Assembly (NCBI GenBank): GCA_965213675.1 | Contig: OZ243916.1 | Coordinates: 1 to 64,000, forward strand | Reading direction: 5' to 3' | Length of the DNA: 64,000 bases | Origin: an uncultured Candidatus Binatia bacterium | Lineage (GTDB): Bacteria; Desulfobacterota; Binatia; UBA9968; JAJDTQ01 | In this document: piece by piece, positions 1 to 8,371 of the stretch | Position numbering within the stretch: the stretch's first letter is position 1 | Layout: the number at the start of each line of letters is the position of its first letter | Program-made: the position numbers and the translations under genes | Notes under the pieces: model-generated | What the model was told of the DNA's origin: nothing | What the model saw: the letters and a program-made list of their open reading frames with translations, nothing else | The model's database searches: none

Positions 1-326
1 TCGTGAGTCAATGCCTGCGCGATCAGCACTCGATCGAAAGGATCGCGGTGGGCGCCGGGCAATCGGCCGGCGCGTTCCGCATCTTTAACGGTGATTGCCA
101 GTTCCTCGAAGCCCTGGCTGGCGATGCTGGCGGTCACGTCGCGCGCGACGGCCTCCGCCTCCGGTAGTTTGCCGACGCGATGCTGGGTAGTGATTTCCCA
201 AGCCGTGGCCGCGCTGACCACCACGTCGTTGGAAGTGTCGTCCACTGCGCGACGAGCCGCTGGGGAGAACCGCCTGTTGCCTGCGAGCCACCACATGAAA
301 GCATGGGTGTCGAGAAGGAGCCTCAT
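1..326 (-). CDS. vapC: VapC-type PIN-domain toxin (3' end outside the window)
   Basis: Hand translation from ATG at 326 gives MRLLLDTHAFMWWLAG...VSAATAWEI...HRDPFDRVLIAQA, with typical PIN motifs. Absent from the ORF track because it runs off the edge. Confidence 0.9.
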   Translation of the reverse strand, partial: MRLLLDTHAFMWWLAGNRRFSPAARRAVDDTSNDVVVSAATAWEITTQHRVGKLPEAEAVARDVTASIASQGFEELAITVKDAERAGRLPGAHRDPFDRVLIAQALTH

Positions 327-332
327 GTCGAT

Positions 333-563
333 TCAGCTTTCCCAAGCTGCCAATTCTTCCTCCGGCAGTGGATCGAGGATGCTGTCGTCCACCACGATTT
401 GTCCTCGCATGGCGCCAAACTGCCGCTTGCCGCGCGGGTTGCAACGCACCAGCCGCGCCACCGGCTCGCCCCGCCGTGCGATAACCACATCTTCGCCTGC
501 CTCCACCTGCGCCAACAGGCGAGAAAGCTGTGTCTTGGCTTGATGTACGTTGACCACGGGCAT
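333..563 (-). CDS. Phd/YefM-family antitoxin
   Basis: MPVVNVHQAKTQLSRLLAQVEAGEDVVIARRGEPVARLV; directly upstream of the PIN toxin. Confidence 0.9.
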   Translation of the reverse strand: MPVVNVHQAKTQLSRLLAQVEAGEDVVIARRGEPVARLVRCNPRGKRQFGAMRGQIVVDDSILDPLPEEELAAWES

Positions 564-647
564 GGGTCTGGACAATTCGATGCGGGCCTTTAGAAGCTGA
601 ATGGCGGCCATGGTCGCTCCCCCGGCCGCCGGCATCTTCTCCGGTGA

Positions 648-914
648 TCTGTAAACGTCGCGACGATGGCCGACCTTCACGACCAGGACACGCAAGACGG
701 CTTCTTCAATGCTACTGATAATTCGGTAGTCGCCGACCCGGTATTTCCAGAATTCGCCCAGCTTCGACCCCTTGAGGGCTTCACCGATACTGCGCGGGTC
801 GTCGAGTCGGGCGAACCGCTCATGGAGGAAAGCGAGGATACGCCGCGCAGCTTGCCGGTCGAGCTTGTCCGGGTCACGAACAGCGCCGCGGTCAAGCTCA
901 ATCCTCCATGCGAT
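648..914 (-). pseudogene. relE: RelE/ParE-family toxin with start (ATC) and stop (TCA) codons apparently lost
   Basis: Frame reads (I)AWRIELDRGAVRDPDKLDRQAARRILAFL...DDPRSIGEALKGSKLGEFWKYRVGDYRII...VLVVKVGHRRDVYR. There is no ATG at the expected start, and the frame stays open into the Phd gene. Confidence 0.8.
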
Positions 915-1122
915 AGCGTTTCATTACATCTTCAAGCGGAAGGCTTTCGGATCTGTCGGCGCGGCTCTCGGTCAGTCGCTGTTCGGCCAAGTACAAGTCT
1001 TCGAGGTCTTCCAGGTGCTTCAGGATGGCTTCACGGGCGTAAAACGTCTTGGTTCGGCCGGTGGCTTTTGCCAAGGCGTCGAGGTGGGCTTCCAAGTCGG
1101 CGGGCAATCTGATCGCAAGCAT
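898..1122 (-). CDS. RelB-like ribbon-helix-helix antitoxin
   Basis: MLAIRLPADLEAHLDALAKATGRTKTFYAREAILKHLEDLEDLYLAEQRL; overlaps the start of the RelE frame. Confidence 0.85.
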   Translation of the reverse strand: MLAIRLPADLEAHLDALAKATGRTKTFYAREAILKHLEDLEDLYLAEQRLTESRADRSESLPLEDVMKRYRMED

Positions 1123-1144
1123 GATACCGGTTCCATTCTCCGCA

Positions 1145-1161
1145 GCTACACGAGTATAGCA
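1145..1161 (-). promoter_or_regulatory. Probable extended -10 promoter and autoregulatory operator of the relBE-like locus
   Basis: Imperfect palindrome GCTACAC-GA-GTATAGC overlaps the minus-strand TGnTATACT, about 25-40 bp upstream of the antitoxin ATG. Confidence 0.5.
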
Positions 1162-1249
1162 TAGCATGGAGTCCTGTCGGGTCCCTTGTACCTCTCCGAG
1201 ACGCCGCAAGTCCAAACACTGTTCCCCAAGTGCTCCTTCCGTCTGAGAA

Positions 1250-1560
1250 TCATGAGGTGCATTGCCACGCCAACGAGTCAACAACTTTGTCGAGTTCTGT
1301 CTGCATGCGCTCCAGGTTCGCTACGATGGCGGCGTGAAGTGCGGTCTGCTCGTCCGATGCTTCGTCTTCGTTGCTGAATTCACCGGGTTCATCTGGGGTC
1401 TGATCGGCTTCAAGGGTCTGAGTCCGGCATGAGTTGACCAAGAACCGTGATAGCGTCCCGATATCCGCCGAGTGGATCAACCGATTCGGGCAGCGCGCGA
1501 CGATGGCTCCACAGCTTGAGAATCAAGTCGACCACGCGAGCTTCCGCTGCTTCCTTGGCG
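1250..1560 (-). pseudogene. Fragmented gene relic resembling part of AVAST-3 Avs3b-like proteins
   Basis: Frame AKEAAEARVVDLILKLWSHRRALPESVDPLGGYRDAITVLGQLMPDSDP*, then a second acidic/helical fragment in another frame. The resemblance is from memory only. Confidence 0.35.
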
Positions 1561-1590
1561 TGAACACGACACCGCGCCGCCGCCCTTTCC

Positions 1591-1620
1591 TTGACAGTCG
1601 TCCCGGCCCGTCGTTACGCT
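1591..1620 (+). promoter_or_regulatory. Sigma70-type promoter for fhs
   Basis: TTGACA (1591-1596), 18-bp spacer, TACGCT (1615-1620), about 70 bp upstream of the fhs ATG. Confidence 0.55.
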
Positions 1621-1687
1621 TGTCGGGAGGATGATGCGGAGCGCCATCGCTCCGTGTTCCACGCCCACGGGGACCTGGAGAGGGATC

Positions 1688-3370
1688 ATGTCCATCGCAT
1701 CAGACGTCGAAATAGCGCAATCGGCCGAACTCAGACCCATCGGTGAGGTCGCCGCGGACCTGGGGCTTTCGTCCGGGGAGATCGAACTGTACGGCGCGCA
1801 CAAGGCCAAGATCGGTCTGGATGCTCTCGAGCGCCGCCGGGACGAACCGGACGGCAAGCTGGTCCTCGTCACCGCCATGACGCCCACGCCGCTGGGCGAG
1901 GGCAAGACGCTCACCACGGTGGGCCTCGGCCAGGCGCTCGCGCGGCTTGGGAAGCGGAGCGTCATCTGCGTGCGCGAGCCCTCCCTCGGCCCGGTGTTCG
2001 GCATCAAGGGCGGCGCCGCTGGCGGCGGCATGTCGCAGGTGCTGCCCATGGAGGACATCAACCTCCACTTCACGGGCGACATCCACGCGGTCACCTCCGC
2101 CCACAACCTGCTCTCCGCGCTTCTCGACGCACACATCTTCCACGGCAACGAACTCGGGCTCGACGTGAACCGCGTGACCTGGAAGCGGGTGCTGGACATG
2201 AACGACCGCGCCCTGCGCCACATGCTGGTGGGCTTGGGCGGCAGGGCTCACGGCGTGCCCCGCGAGGAGGGCTTCATGATCACGGCGGCATCCGAGGTGA
2301 TGGCCGTGCTCTGCCTTGCCAGCGATCCGGCCGAGATGAAGGACCGCCTCGCTCGCATCGTGGTCGGGTACAACCGGAAGGGCGGGCCCGTCACCGCGGC
2401 CGATCTGAACGCCGCGGGCGCCATGGCCCTGCTCCTGAAGGACGCCATCAAGCCGAATCTCGTGCAAACGCTGGAAGGCTCTCCCGCCCTGGTCCACGGT
2501 GGACCCTTCGGCAACATCGCGCACGGGACGAACACGCTCATCGCGGACAGGCTCGCCCTCAAGCTTGCCGATGTGATGGTGGTGGAAGCGGGTTTCGGCG
2601 CCGACTTGGGCGCCGAGAAGTTCTTCGACATCACCGCGCGCGCCGGCGGCCTGAACGTGAACGCGGTGGTGCTCGTCGCTACCGTGCGCGCGCTCAAGCT
2701 CCACGGCGGTGTTGCCTTCGACCCGAACGCGCTGGCAGAGGAGAACGTGGACGCGGTGACGAAGGGCTTCGAGAATCTTCGTACCCACATCGAAAACATC
2801 CAGGGCTTCGGGGCGCCGGTGGTGGTGGCGGTGAACCGCTTTGCGTCGGATACGGCCGCCGAAGTCGCGCGCGTCCAGGATCTCTGCCACGAAGCCGGTG
2901 TGCCGTGTCGCGCGCATGAACTACATGGGAAAGGCGGCGAGGGGGGTGTCGATCTCGCCGAGACGGCTTGTGATCTCGCCGCCGCCAATGACAGCCCCTA
3001 CACGCCGCTGTATCCCCTGGAGATGCCTCTCAGGGAGAAAATCGAGACTGTCGCCACGCGCATTTATCGCGCCGGCTCCGTGAGTTTCGAGCCGGCGGCG
3101 GCGCGCAGCCTGCGGTCCCTGACGAACCTGGGTTATGGCAACCTTCCGGTGTGCTTTGCGAAGACGCAGGCGTCTCTGTCGGATGATCCCAGGAAGCTTG
3201 GCGCGCCTTCGGGCTTCAACCTGAACGTGCGCGAGGTGTATGTTTCTTCGGGTGCGGGGTTCGTCGTCGCCATCGCTGGAAGCATCATGCAGATGCCTGG
3301 GCTTGCCAAGACCCCCGCCGCGGCGGGGATGGACATCACTGCGGACGGCAGGATCACGGGGCTGTTCTGA
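1688..3370 (+). CDS. fhs: Formate--tetrahydrofolate ligase
   Basis: Motifs TPTPLGEGKT, REPSLGPVFGIKGGAAGGG, EDINLHFTGD, HGGPFGNIAHG and MPGL...ITGLF; RBS GGAGAGG. Confidence 0.97.
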   Translation: MSIASDVEIAQSAELRPIGEVAADLGLSSGEIELYGAHKAKIGLDALERRRDEPDGKLVLVTAMTPTPLGEGKTLTTVGLGQALARLGKRSVICVREPSLGPVFGIKGGAAGGGMSQVLPMEDINLHFTGDIHAVTSAHNLLSALLDAHIFHGNELGLDVNRVTWKRVLDMNDRALRHMLVGLGGRAHGVPREEGFMITAASEVMAVLCLASDPAEMKDRLARIVVGYNRKGGPVTAADLNAAGAMALLLKDAIKPNLVQTLEGSPALVHGGPFGNIAHGTNTLIADRLALKLADVMVVEAGFGADLGAEKFFDITARAGGLNVNAVVLVATVRALKLHGGVAFDPNALAEENVDAVTKGFENLRTHIENIQGFGAPVVVAVNRFASDTAAEVARVQDLCHEAGVPCRAHELHGKGGEGGVDLAETACDLAAANDSPYTPLYPLEMPLREKIETVATRIYRAGSVSFEPAAARSLRSLTNLGYGNLPVCFAKTQASLSDDPRKLGAPSGFNLNVREVYVSSGAGFVVAIAGSIMQMPGLAKTPAAAGMDITADGRITGLF

Positions 3371-3532
3371 ACGACCTGGCGGGTTCTCCACCGGGAGCCG
3401 AGCTCCCGGACGCGAAATTTTCGCGCAAATTTCACGCGACTTCCACGCAATCGGTTCCATCACGGTTGAACCCGCGGAACCAGCATTCACATGGACTTCG
3501 ATTCGCGTTCGCGCGAAGGCTGTTTCCATGGC

Positions 3533-3558
3533 GTCAACCCGGCGAAAGCTGGAATCCA
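3533..3558 (+). repeat. REP/dRS3-like palindromic repeat (degenerate)
   Basis: GTCAACCCGGCGAAAGCTGGAATCCA, similar to 33748-33773 and 60011-60035. Confidence 0.6.
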
Positions 3559-3672
3559 GCGGTGCGAGGGTCGCGTTGACACCCTCCGGCCCGCGTGTTA
3601 CGAGCGGTTCGAGAGTCGCCGGCTTGCCCGAGTGCATCCCCTGACAGGCAATCGCAGATGGGAGGAACGGCC

Positions 3673-3849
3673 GTGAAGGAACGGATTCGCGAAATCGACA
3701 AGGAGTACGGTTTCAACCTCACCGAGGACGAGATCGAGTCCATTGCCAGGCAGGCCGAGGAGACGCACAAGCTGCTCCAGGATCTCTACAAGGTGGACGT
3801 CACCGGCGTCATGCCCATCATGAAGATCGACAAGCAACAGCAAAGCTGA
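3673..3849 (+). CDS. Small acidic protein, GatC/AtzG-like
   Basis: GGAGG RBS plus GTG; MKERIREIDKEYGFNLTEDEIESIARQ...LYKVDVTGVMP resembles the GatC pattern. Confidence 0.55.
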   Translation: MKERIREIDKEYGFNLTEDEIESIARQAEETHKLLQDLYKVDVTGVMPIMKIDKQQQS

Positions 3850-3856
3850 CCCCACC

Positions 3857-4020
3857 TGATGTCGTGTCCCGTAAATGACTGTGATAATTTGCTGGTCAAT
3901 TTCGCCGTCGGCTGCGTGGCTCGTCGTCGCGTGGTGCCCGCCACTGATCGTCATCGCGCCTTGCCGGCAACAAAAAATCCTGTGCAACTTGTCGCAGTAA
4001 TTTACGGGAAACGACACTAA
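3857..4020. mobile_element. MITE family A, divergent copy (~164 bp)
   Basis: Imperfect terminal inverted repeats TGTCGTGTCCCGTAAAT...ATTTACGGGAAACGACACTA; core shared with 33528 and 52260. Confidence 0.75.
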
Positions 4021-4089
4021 CGCGTCGCAACCGGCGACGAACACCCGTCGAACGTTTACGCACGGAACGCACCAACGAACCACGACAAC

Positions 4090-5364
4090 ATGGACAACGA
4101 CACCCAGGAACGCATCCTGCAGCACATCGAAGGCCAGGAACTGGCCGAGTTGACCCGCGATCTTGTGGACATCCTGAGCCCCACCGGATCGGAGAGAGAG
4201 ATCGGCGAGTTCATCCTCGACTGGTACCGGGCCAACGGCCTCAAGCCCATCCGCCAGGAGATCGACCCCAACCGCGTGAATGCCGTGGGCGTGCTCCGGG
4301 GCACGGGGGGCGGCGTGTCGCTGATGATCAACGGCCACATGGACACGAGCTTCACCGGGCAGGAGGACGATCTCATGCTGTGCCGGGAGCTCGAGCCCCA
4401 GAGCCAGTTGCGCGGAGCCATCCGTGACGGCAAGGTGTTCGGCTTGGCCGCGTCCAACATGAAGTCGGGTCTCGCGGCCTTCATGGTGGCCGGCAAGGCG
4501 CTCAAGAAGAGCGGTGTGGCCCTCAAGGGCGACCTGATCCTGGCGGCGGTGGCGGGGGAGATCTCACGCACCCCCATCGGGCCGTACCAGTCCGGGCTCT
4601 ACCGCGGCGAGGGCACGGGCACGCGCCACCTGCTCACCTACGGCGTCCAGTCCGATTACGCCATTGTGGCGGACCGTTCCGCTCTGTCCGTGGTCTGGAC
4701 CCAGGCCGGCGTGGCTCAGTTCAAGATCGACACCTACGGCAATCCCCACGCGGCCTGGGGCGTGACCCGCGAACAGGAGCCGCCCGAGGAACACAACGCC
4801 GTGCTCAAGATGGCCAGGGTGGCGCAGGCGGTGGACGCCTGGGCCGAGGCGTTCGAGGCCAACCACGTCTATCAGTCGGCCAACGGACCGATCATTCCCA
4901 AGGTCAACCTCGGCGCGGTGCAGGGCGGCGCGCCCTACCGGCCCAACTACCACCCGGGCATCTGCTCGCTCTACGTGGACGTGCGCATCCCGCCGGAGCT
5001 GCGGCCCATGGAGGTGCAGCGGCAGTTGCGCACGGTGATGGACGCCACCGGCTACGAGTACGACATCGAGATGTATACGTCGAAGATGGGCTACGAGGCC
5101 AAGGGTATCGAGCCGGTGGTGGAGGTCATCGAGAACACGCACCAGGATCTGTTTGGCAAGAAGACCACGCCGGTGAACACGTTCCGTTCCAGCATCTGGA
5201 CCGATACCAACATCTACAACGAAATGGGCATTCCGGCCTGCAAGTTCGGCCTGGGCGGCGGCCGCTTCACCACCCGGTCCGAACAGATCGACATCGACGA
5301 GATCGTGCGCGCGTCGCAGATCTACGCATTGTCGGCGGCCACCATCTGCAACTGGACGCGCTGA
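4090..5364 (+). CDS. M20-family metallo-hydrolase (ArgE/DapE-like)
   Basis: NGHMDT, G.AASNMKSG and WTDTN motifs; dimerisation-domain segment VNLGAVQGG. Confidence 0.88.
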   Translation: MDNDTQERILQHIEGQELAELTRDLVDILSPTGSEREIGEFILDWYRANGLKPIRQEIDPNRVNAVGVLRGTGGGVSLMINGHMDTSFTGQEDDLMLCRELEPQSQLRGAIRDGKVFGLAASNMKSGLAAFMVAGKALKKSGVALKGDLILAAVAGEISRTPIGPYQSGLYRGEGTGTRHLLTYGVQSDYAIVADRSALSVVWTQAGVAQFKIDTYGNPHAAWGVTREQEPPEEHNAVLKMARVAQAVDAWAEAFEANHVYQSANGPIIPKVNLGAVQGGAPYRPNYHPGICSLYVDVRIPPELRPMEVQRQLRTVMDATGYEYDIEMYTSKMGYEAKGIEPVVEVIENTHQDLFGKKTTPVNTFRSSIWTDTNIYNEMGIPACKFGLGGGRFTTRSEQIDIDEIVRASQIYALSAATICNWTR

Positions 5365-5402
5365 CCGCGTTCGGTTGGCATGGAAACGACCCCATACGAA
5401 CG

Positions 5403-5909
5403 ATGCAACCTGAACTCGCCGAGAAGATCGTCCACGGCCTCAAGGCGGCGGGCATCAACTTCATGACCTACCTGCCGGAGAGTCGGCTGAGTCAGATTCT
5501 GCCGCTCCTGCGCGAGGACGGCGCCGTGCAACTGGTGGGCACCGCCAGCGAGCAGGAGGCCATCACCATCGCCGCGGGCGCGGCCTTGGGCGGCAAACGC
5601 GTGGCCTGCTACATGGAGAGCACCGGCCCCTACGTGTCCGCCTACTCTCTATTGACCGTGGGCAAGCAGATGGGCGTTCCGATCCTGCTGCTCATCGGCT
5701 TTCTGGGCAGCTTCGCCGACCAGCGAAACAGTTTTCTGTACGTCACCATCGGCATGCGCATGATTCCCACCCTGGAAGGAATGGGAATTGAGTACCGCGT
5801 GGTCGAGGACGCGGAGAACCTCGAACGGCACATCCGCGACGCCCAGCGCGTCAGCGATTCCATGCGCGCGCCGGCCGCGTTGATCTTTTCCGGGGAGTTC
5901 GCCCGATGA
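5403..5909 (+). CDS. ThDP-dependent decarboxylase alpha subunit (sulfopyruvate/phosphonopyruvate decarboxylase, ComD-like)
   Basis: YLPES...SEQEAITIAAGAALGG...YMESTG; ATGA overlap with the next gene. Confidence 0.8.
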   Translation: MQPELAEKIVHGLKAAGINFMTYLPESRLSQILPLLREDGAVQLVGTASEQEAITIAAGAALGGKRVACYMESTGPYVSAYSLLTVGKQMGVPILLLIGFLGSFADQRNSFLYVTIGMRMIPTLEGMGIEYRVVEDAENLERHIRDAQRVSDSMRAPAALIFSGEFAR

Positions 5910-6511
5910 TCCGGCGCGACTGCCTGGAGCTCATGGCCCCGTTGATGACCGATCAACTGGTGCTCTCCTCCCAGAGCGGCCAGCGCATCGAATGGTTCCA
6001 CCTGGCGCCGGAGCACGAGGGCAACCTGCTGGTGGGCATGATGGGCTGCGCCACGGGCGTGGGCATGGGGCTGGCGCTGGCGTTGCCGCACCGGCGCGTG
6101 ATCGTGCTGGAGTCCGACGGCAGCGTGTTGCTGTCGCTGTTCAACCTTCCGACCCTGGGCAATCTCGGCCTCGACAATCTGAGCGTGTTCGTGTTCGACA
6201 ACGAGGTCTACAGCGGCAGTTCCATGAGCGAACCCACGGCGACCTCCGGCCAGACCGACCTGGCCGCGGTGGCGCGGGCTTCGGGCATCGAGAACGCCGT
6301 CACCGTGCACGATGTCGAGGGCTTCAGGGAACACGGATTGCCGGGCGTGACCGGCGAGGGACTCCATTACGTGGTGTGCAAGGTGGAGGAGAGCCTCATC
6401 CACCGGCAGATTCCGCGGCCGAACGTCGATCTTGCGGAGTACAAGTATCGCTTCGTTCGCTATGTCGAGCGTACCGAAGGCATCACCCTGCCGTTCGTCG
6501 GCCTGGGCTGA
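5906..6511 (+). CDS. ThDP-dependent decarboxylase beta subunit (ComE-like)
   Basis: GMMGCATGVGMGLALA...ESDGS...DNEVY (ThDP-binding motif variant). Confidence 0.82.
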   Translation: MIRRDCLELMAPLMTDQLVLSSQSGQRIEWFHLAPEHEGNLLVGMMGCATGVGMGLALALPHRRVIVLESDGSVLLSLFNLPTLGNLGLDNLSVFVFDNEVYSGSSMSEPTATSGQTDLAAVARASGIENAVTVHDVEGFREHGLPGVTGEGLHYVVCKVEESLIHRQIPRPNVDLAEYKYRFVRYVERTEGITLPFVGLG

Positions 6512-6615
6512 GGGCGCAAGCGCCCGGAGCGCATGTGGAAGCGGCGTTACGCTCCACGGCCGTACATTTCGAAGCAGAACAACCCGAACCACACACAAAC
6601 CACAAGGAGGTGCAT

Positions 6616-7128
6616 ATGCCTACCAATCCCGAGGCATTGAAGCGGCAGGATGACGAAAAGGCCGAGTACGACTGGGGCACGCTCTGGCCGCACTACCACA
6701 AGGAGAAGATGAACTGGGCCACCGGTTTCCGCACCCGGGGCGACGTGGACATCCTGTTTCTCTCCGGGTCCACCGGTCGTGATCCGTTCGAGGACGCTCC
6801 CTGCCGGGAGCCCAGCCAGGAGCGGGAAGGCCGCGGCAAGGTCGTCGGCGGTATCAAGGAACAGACCACTCAGGCGTGGCAGGACATCAAGGACAACCTT
6901 GAGATGATGGGCGGGGAACTCAAGCACATCGTCATGATCCGCTACTTCCTCACGCGGCGCGAGGATGTGTTCGACATGCGCGACGCGATGTACGCGTTCT
7001 TCGAGGAGCACGAGCCCGATCTGCGCGCCCATCCCCGCCCCGCCACGCTGCTGCGCGGCGTCGGCATCGACCTGCAGGACATGCTCATCGAAATCGAAGC
7101 GTGGGCCGCGGTGCCGCGGCAGAAGTGA
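6616..7128 (+). CDS. Rid (YjgF/RidA) family protein
   Basis: AAGGAGG RBS; LFLSGSTG...EQT...NL...PATLL...MLIEIEAWA. Confidence 0.85.
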   Translation: MPTNPEALKRQDDEKAEYDWGTLWPHYHKEKMNWATGFRTRGDVDILFLSGSTGRDPFEDAPCREPSQEREGRGKVVGGIKEQTTQAWQDIKDNLEMMGGELKHIVMIRYFLTRREDVFDMRDAMYAFFEEHEPDLRAHPRPATLLRGVGIDLQDMLIEIEAWAAVPRQK

Positions 7129-7304
7129 TCCGCCCACCCCGTTGACGCGAGTTGCCCGGAAGCGACGACGTTCAGGCCTCGCGAGCGCCTGTGTGGCAAA
7201 CGTCGCGGAGGCGCGGCCGCCCGTTTCGCAACCGTGGCAGTCTCGAATTGTCCCCTTGGCCCAGAAGCTCGAAGGATCGGGTCACGGGCGCCGGTCTTGT
7301 AGAC

Positions 7305-7337
7305 GCTGTAGGGGCGACCGATGGTGGCTCCTACAGC
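7305..7337. repeat. GTAG-type REP hairpin
   Basis: GCTGTAGGGGCGACC-GAT-GGTGGCTCCTACAGC; related hairpins at 16418, 19210 and 58641. Confidence 0.65.
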
Positions 7338-7417
7338 GTACCCGGCCGTTCCGTTCCCAAGAAGTCCGTTGGGGGTCGTGCGCAACTCATCGCACCGTCA
7401 TTCCACGCGCGACACCA

Positions 7418-7578
7418 GGAGCTTGCGCCGCAGGAAGTCGCGGCTGCAAAGCCGCTCTCATCCGTCCTTTCGGCCGCTCGATTTCGTTAAATTTGACCTG
7501 ATATTATCCTCAATCGACCAGCCGAAGGGACGGCGATAGCGAATTTTCGCTTTCGCGAATTTCTGCGGCGCAAGCTCC
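7418..7578. mobile_element. MITE family B (~160 bp)
   Basis: Terminal inverted repeats GGAGCTTGCGCCGCAG...CTGCGGCGCAAGCTCC; internal palindromes shared with 32167 and 45963. Confidence 0.85.
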
Positions 7579-8351
7579 TACGGCCAGTCCAACTCCGCCA
7601 CCACCGGCGCGTGATCCGACGGCTTCGATCCTTTGCGTTCGTCGCGGTCGACCCCGGCGGCGGTCGACCGGGACGCCAGTTCCGGTGTGGCGAGGATATG
7701 GTCGATGCGCAGGCCCTTGTTGCGCGGAAATCCGAGCTGGCGGTAGTCCCACCACGAGTAGAGACCGGGGTCCGGGTTGTGCATGCGCACCACGTCCTGG
7801 AGGCCCCATTCCAGCAGCCGCGTCATCACCGCGGTCATGTCCGGGTTGAACAGCACGGTGTCGCGCCACACGTCCGGCTCGGCCACGTCGGCCACGTCCG
7901 GCGCGATGTTGAAGTCGCCGGAAATCAACAGCGGCGTTCCCGGCTCATGGACCTTGTCGAGATACGGCATGAGCCGTTCCAGCCACTCGCGCTTGTAGAC
8001 GTACTTGTCGGACTCCACCGTCGATCCGTTGGGGACATAGACCGAGATGAACCGGATACCCCGCACCCAGCCGCAGATGCAGCGGGCCTGGGGATCGTCT
8101 GCGCCGTCGTCGAAGCCGATGTGTACGTCCTCAATGGCCTCACGCGACAGGAGCGCCACGCCGTTGTAGGTCCGTTGACCATGCACGGCGGCGTGATAGC
8201 CCTGGTCCCACAGGACGTCGTGGGGAAACTGCTCGTCCGTCACCTTGGTTTCCTGGAGGCACACGACATCGGGTTTGTGGCGCGACAGCCAACTCACCAG
8301 ACGTTCCCCGCGCGCGCGGATGGAGTTCACATTCCACGTGACGACCTTCAA
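7578..8351 (-). CDS. xth: Exodeoxyribonuclease III
   Basis: TWNVNSIR, LQETK, YNGVA, GDFNIAP, YSWWDYR, GLRIDH and PSDHAP motifs; TTG start after GGAGAGAGG. Confidence 0.95.
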   Translation of the reverse strand: MKVVTWNVNSIRARGERLVSWLSRHKPDVVCLQETKVTDEQFPHDVLWDQGYHAAVHGQRTYNGVALLSREAIEDVHIGFDDGADDPQARCICGWVRGIRFISVYVPNGSTVESDKYVYKREWLERLMPYLDKVHEPGTPLLISGDFNIAPDVADVAEPDVWRDTVLFNPDMTAVMTRLLEWGLQDVVRMHNPDPGLYSWWDYRQLGFPRNKGLRIDHILATPELASRSTAAGVDRDERKGSKPSDHAPVVAELDWP

Positions 8352-8371
8352 GGGTTCCTCCTCTCTCCCGT

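Noticed and set aside
1620-1687. ZTP or THF riboswitch upstream of fhs
   Set aside because: The leader is short, with only a small hairpin (CGGAGCG-CCAT-CGCTCCG) and no consensus I could recognise
5992-6615. N-terminal extension of the Rid ORF (378 aa in the track)
   Set aside because: It overlaps the ComE-like gene in another frame; the strong AAGGAGG RBS supports ATG 6616
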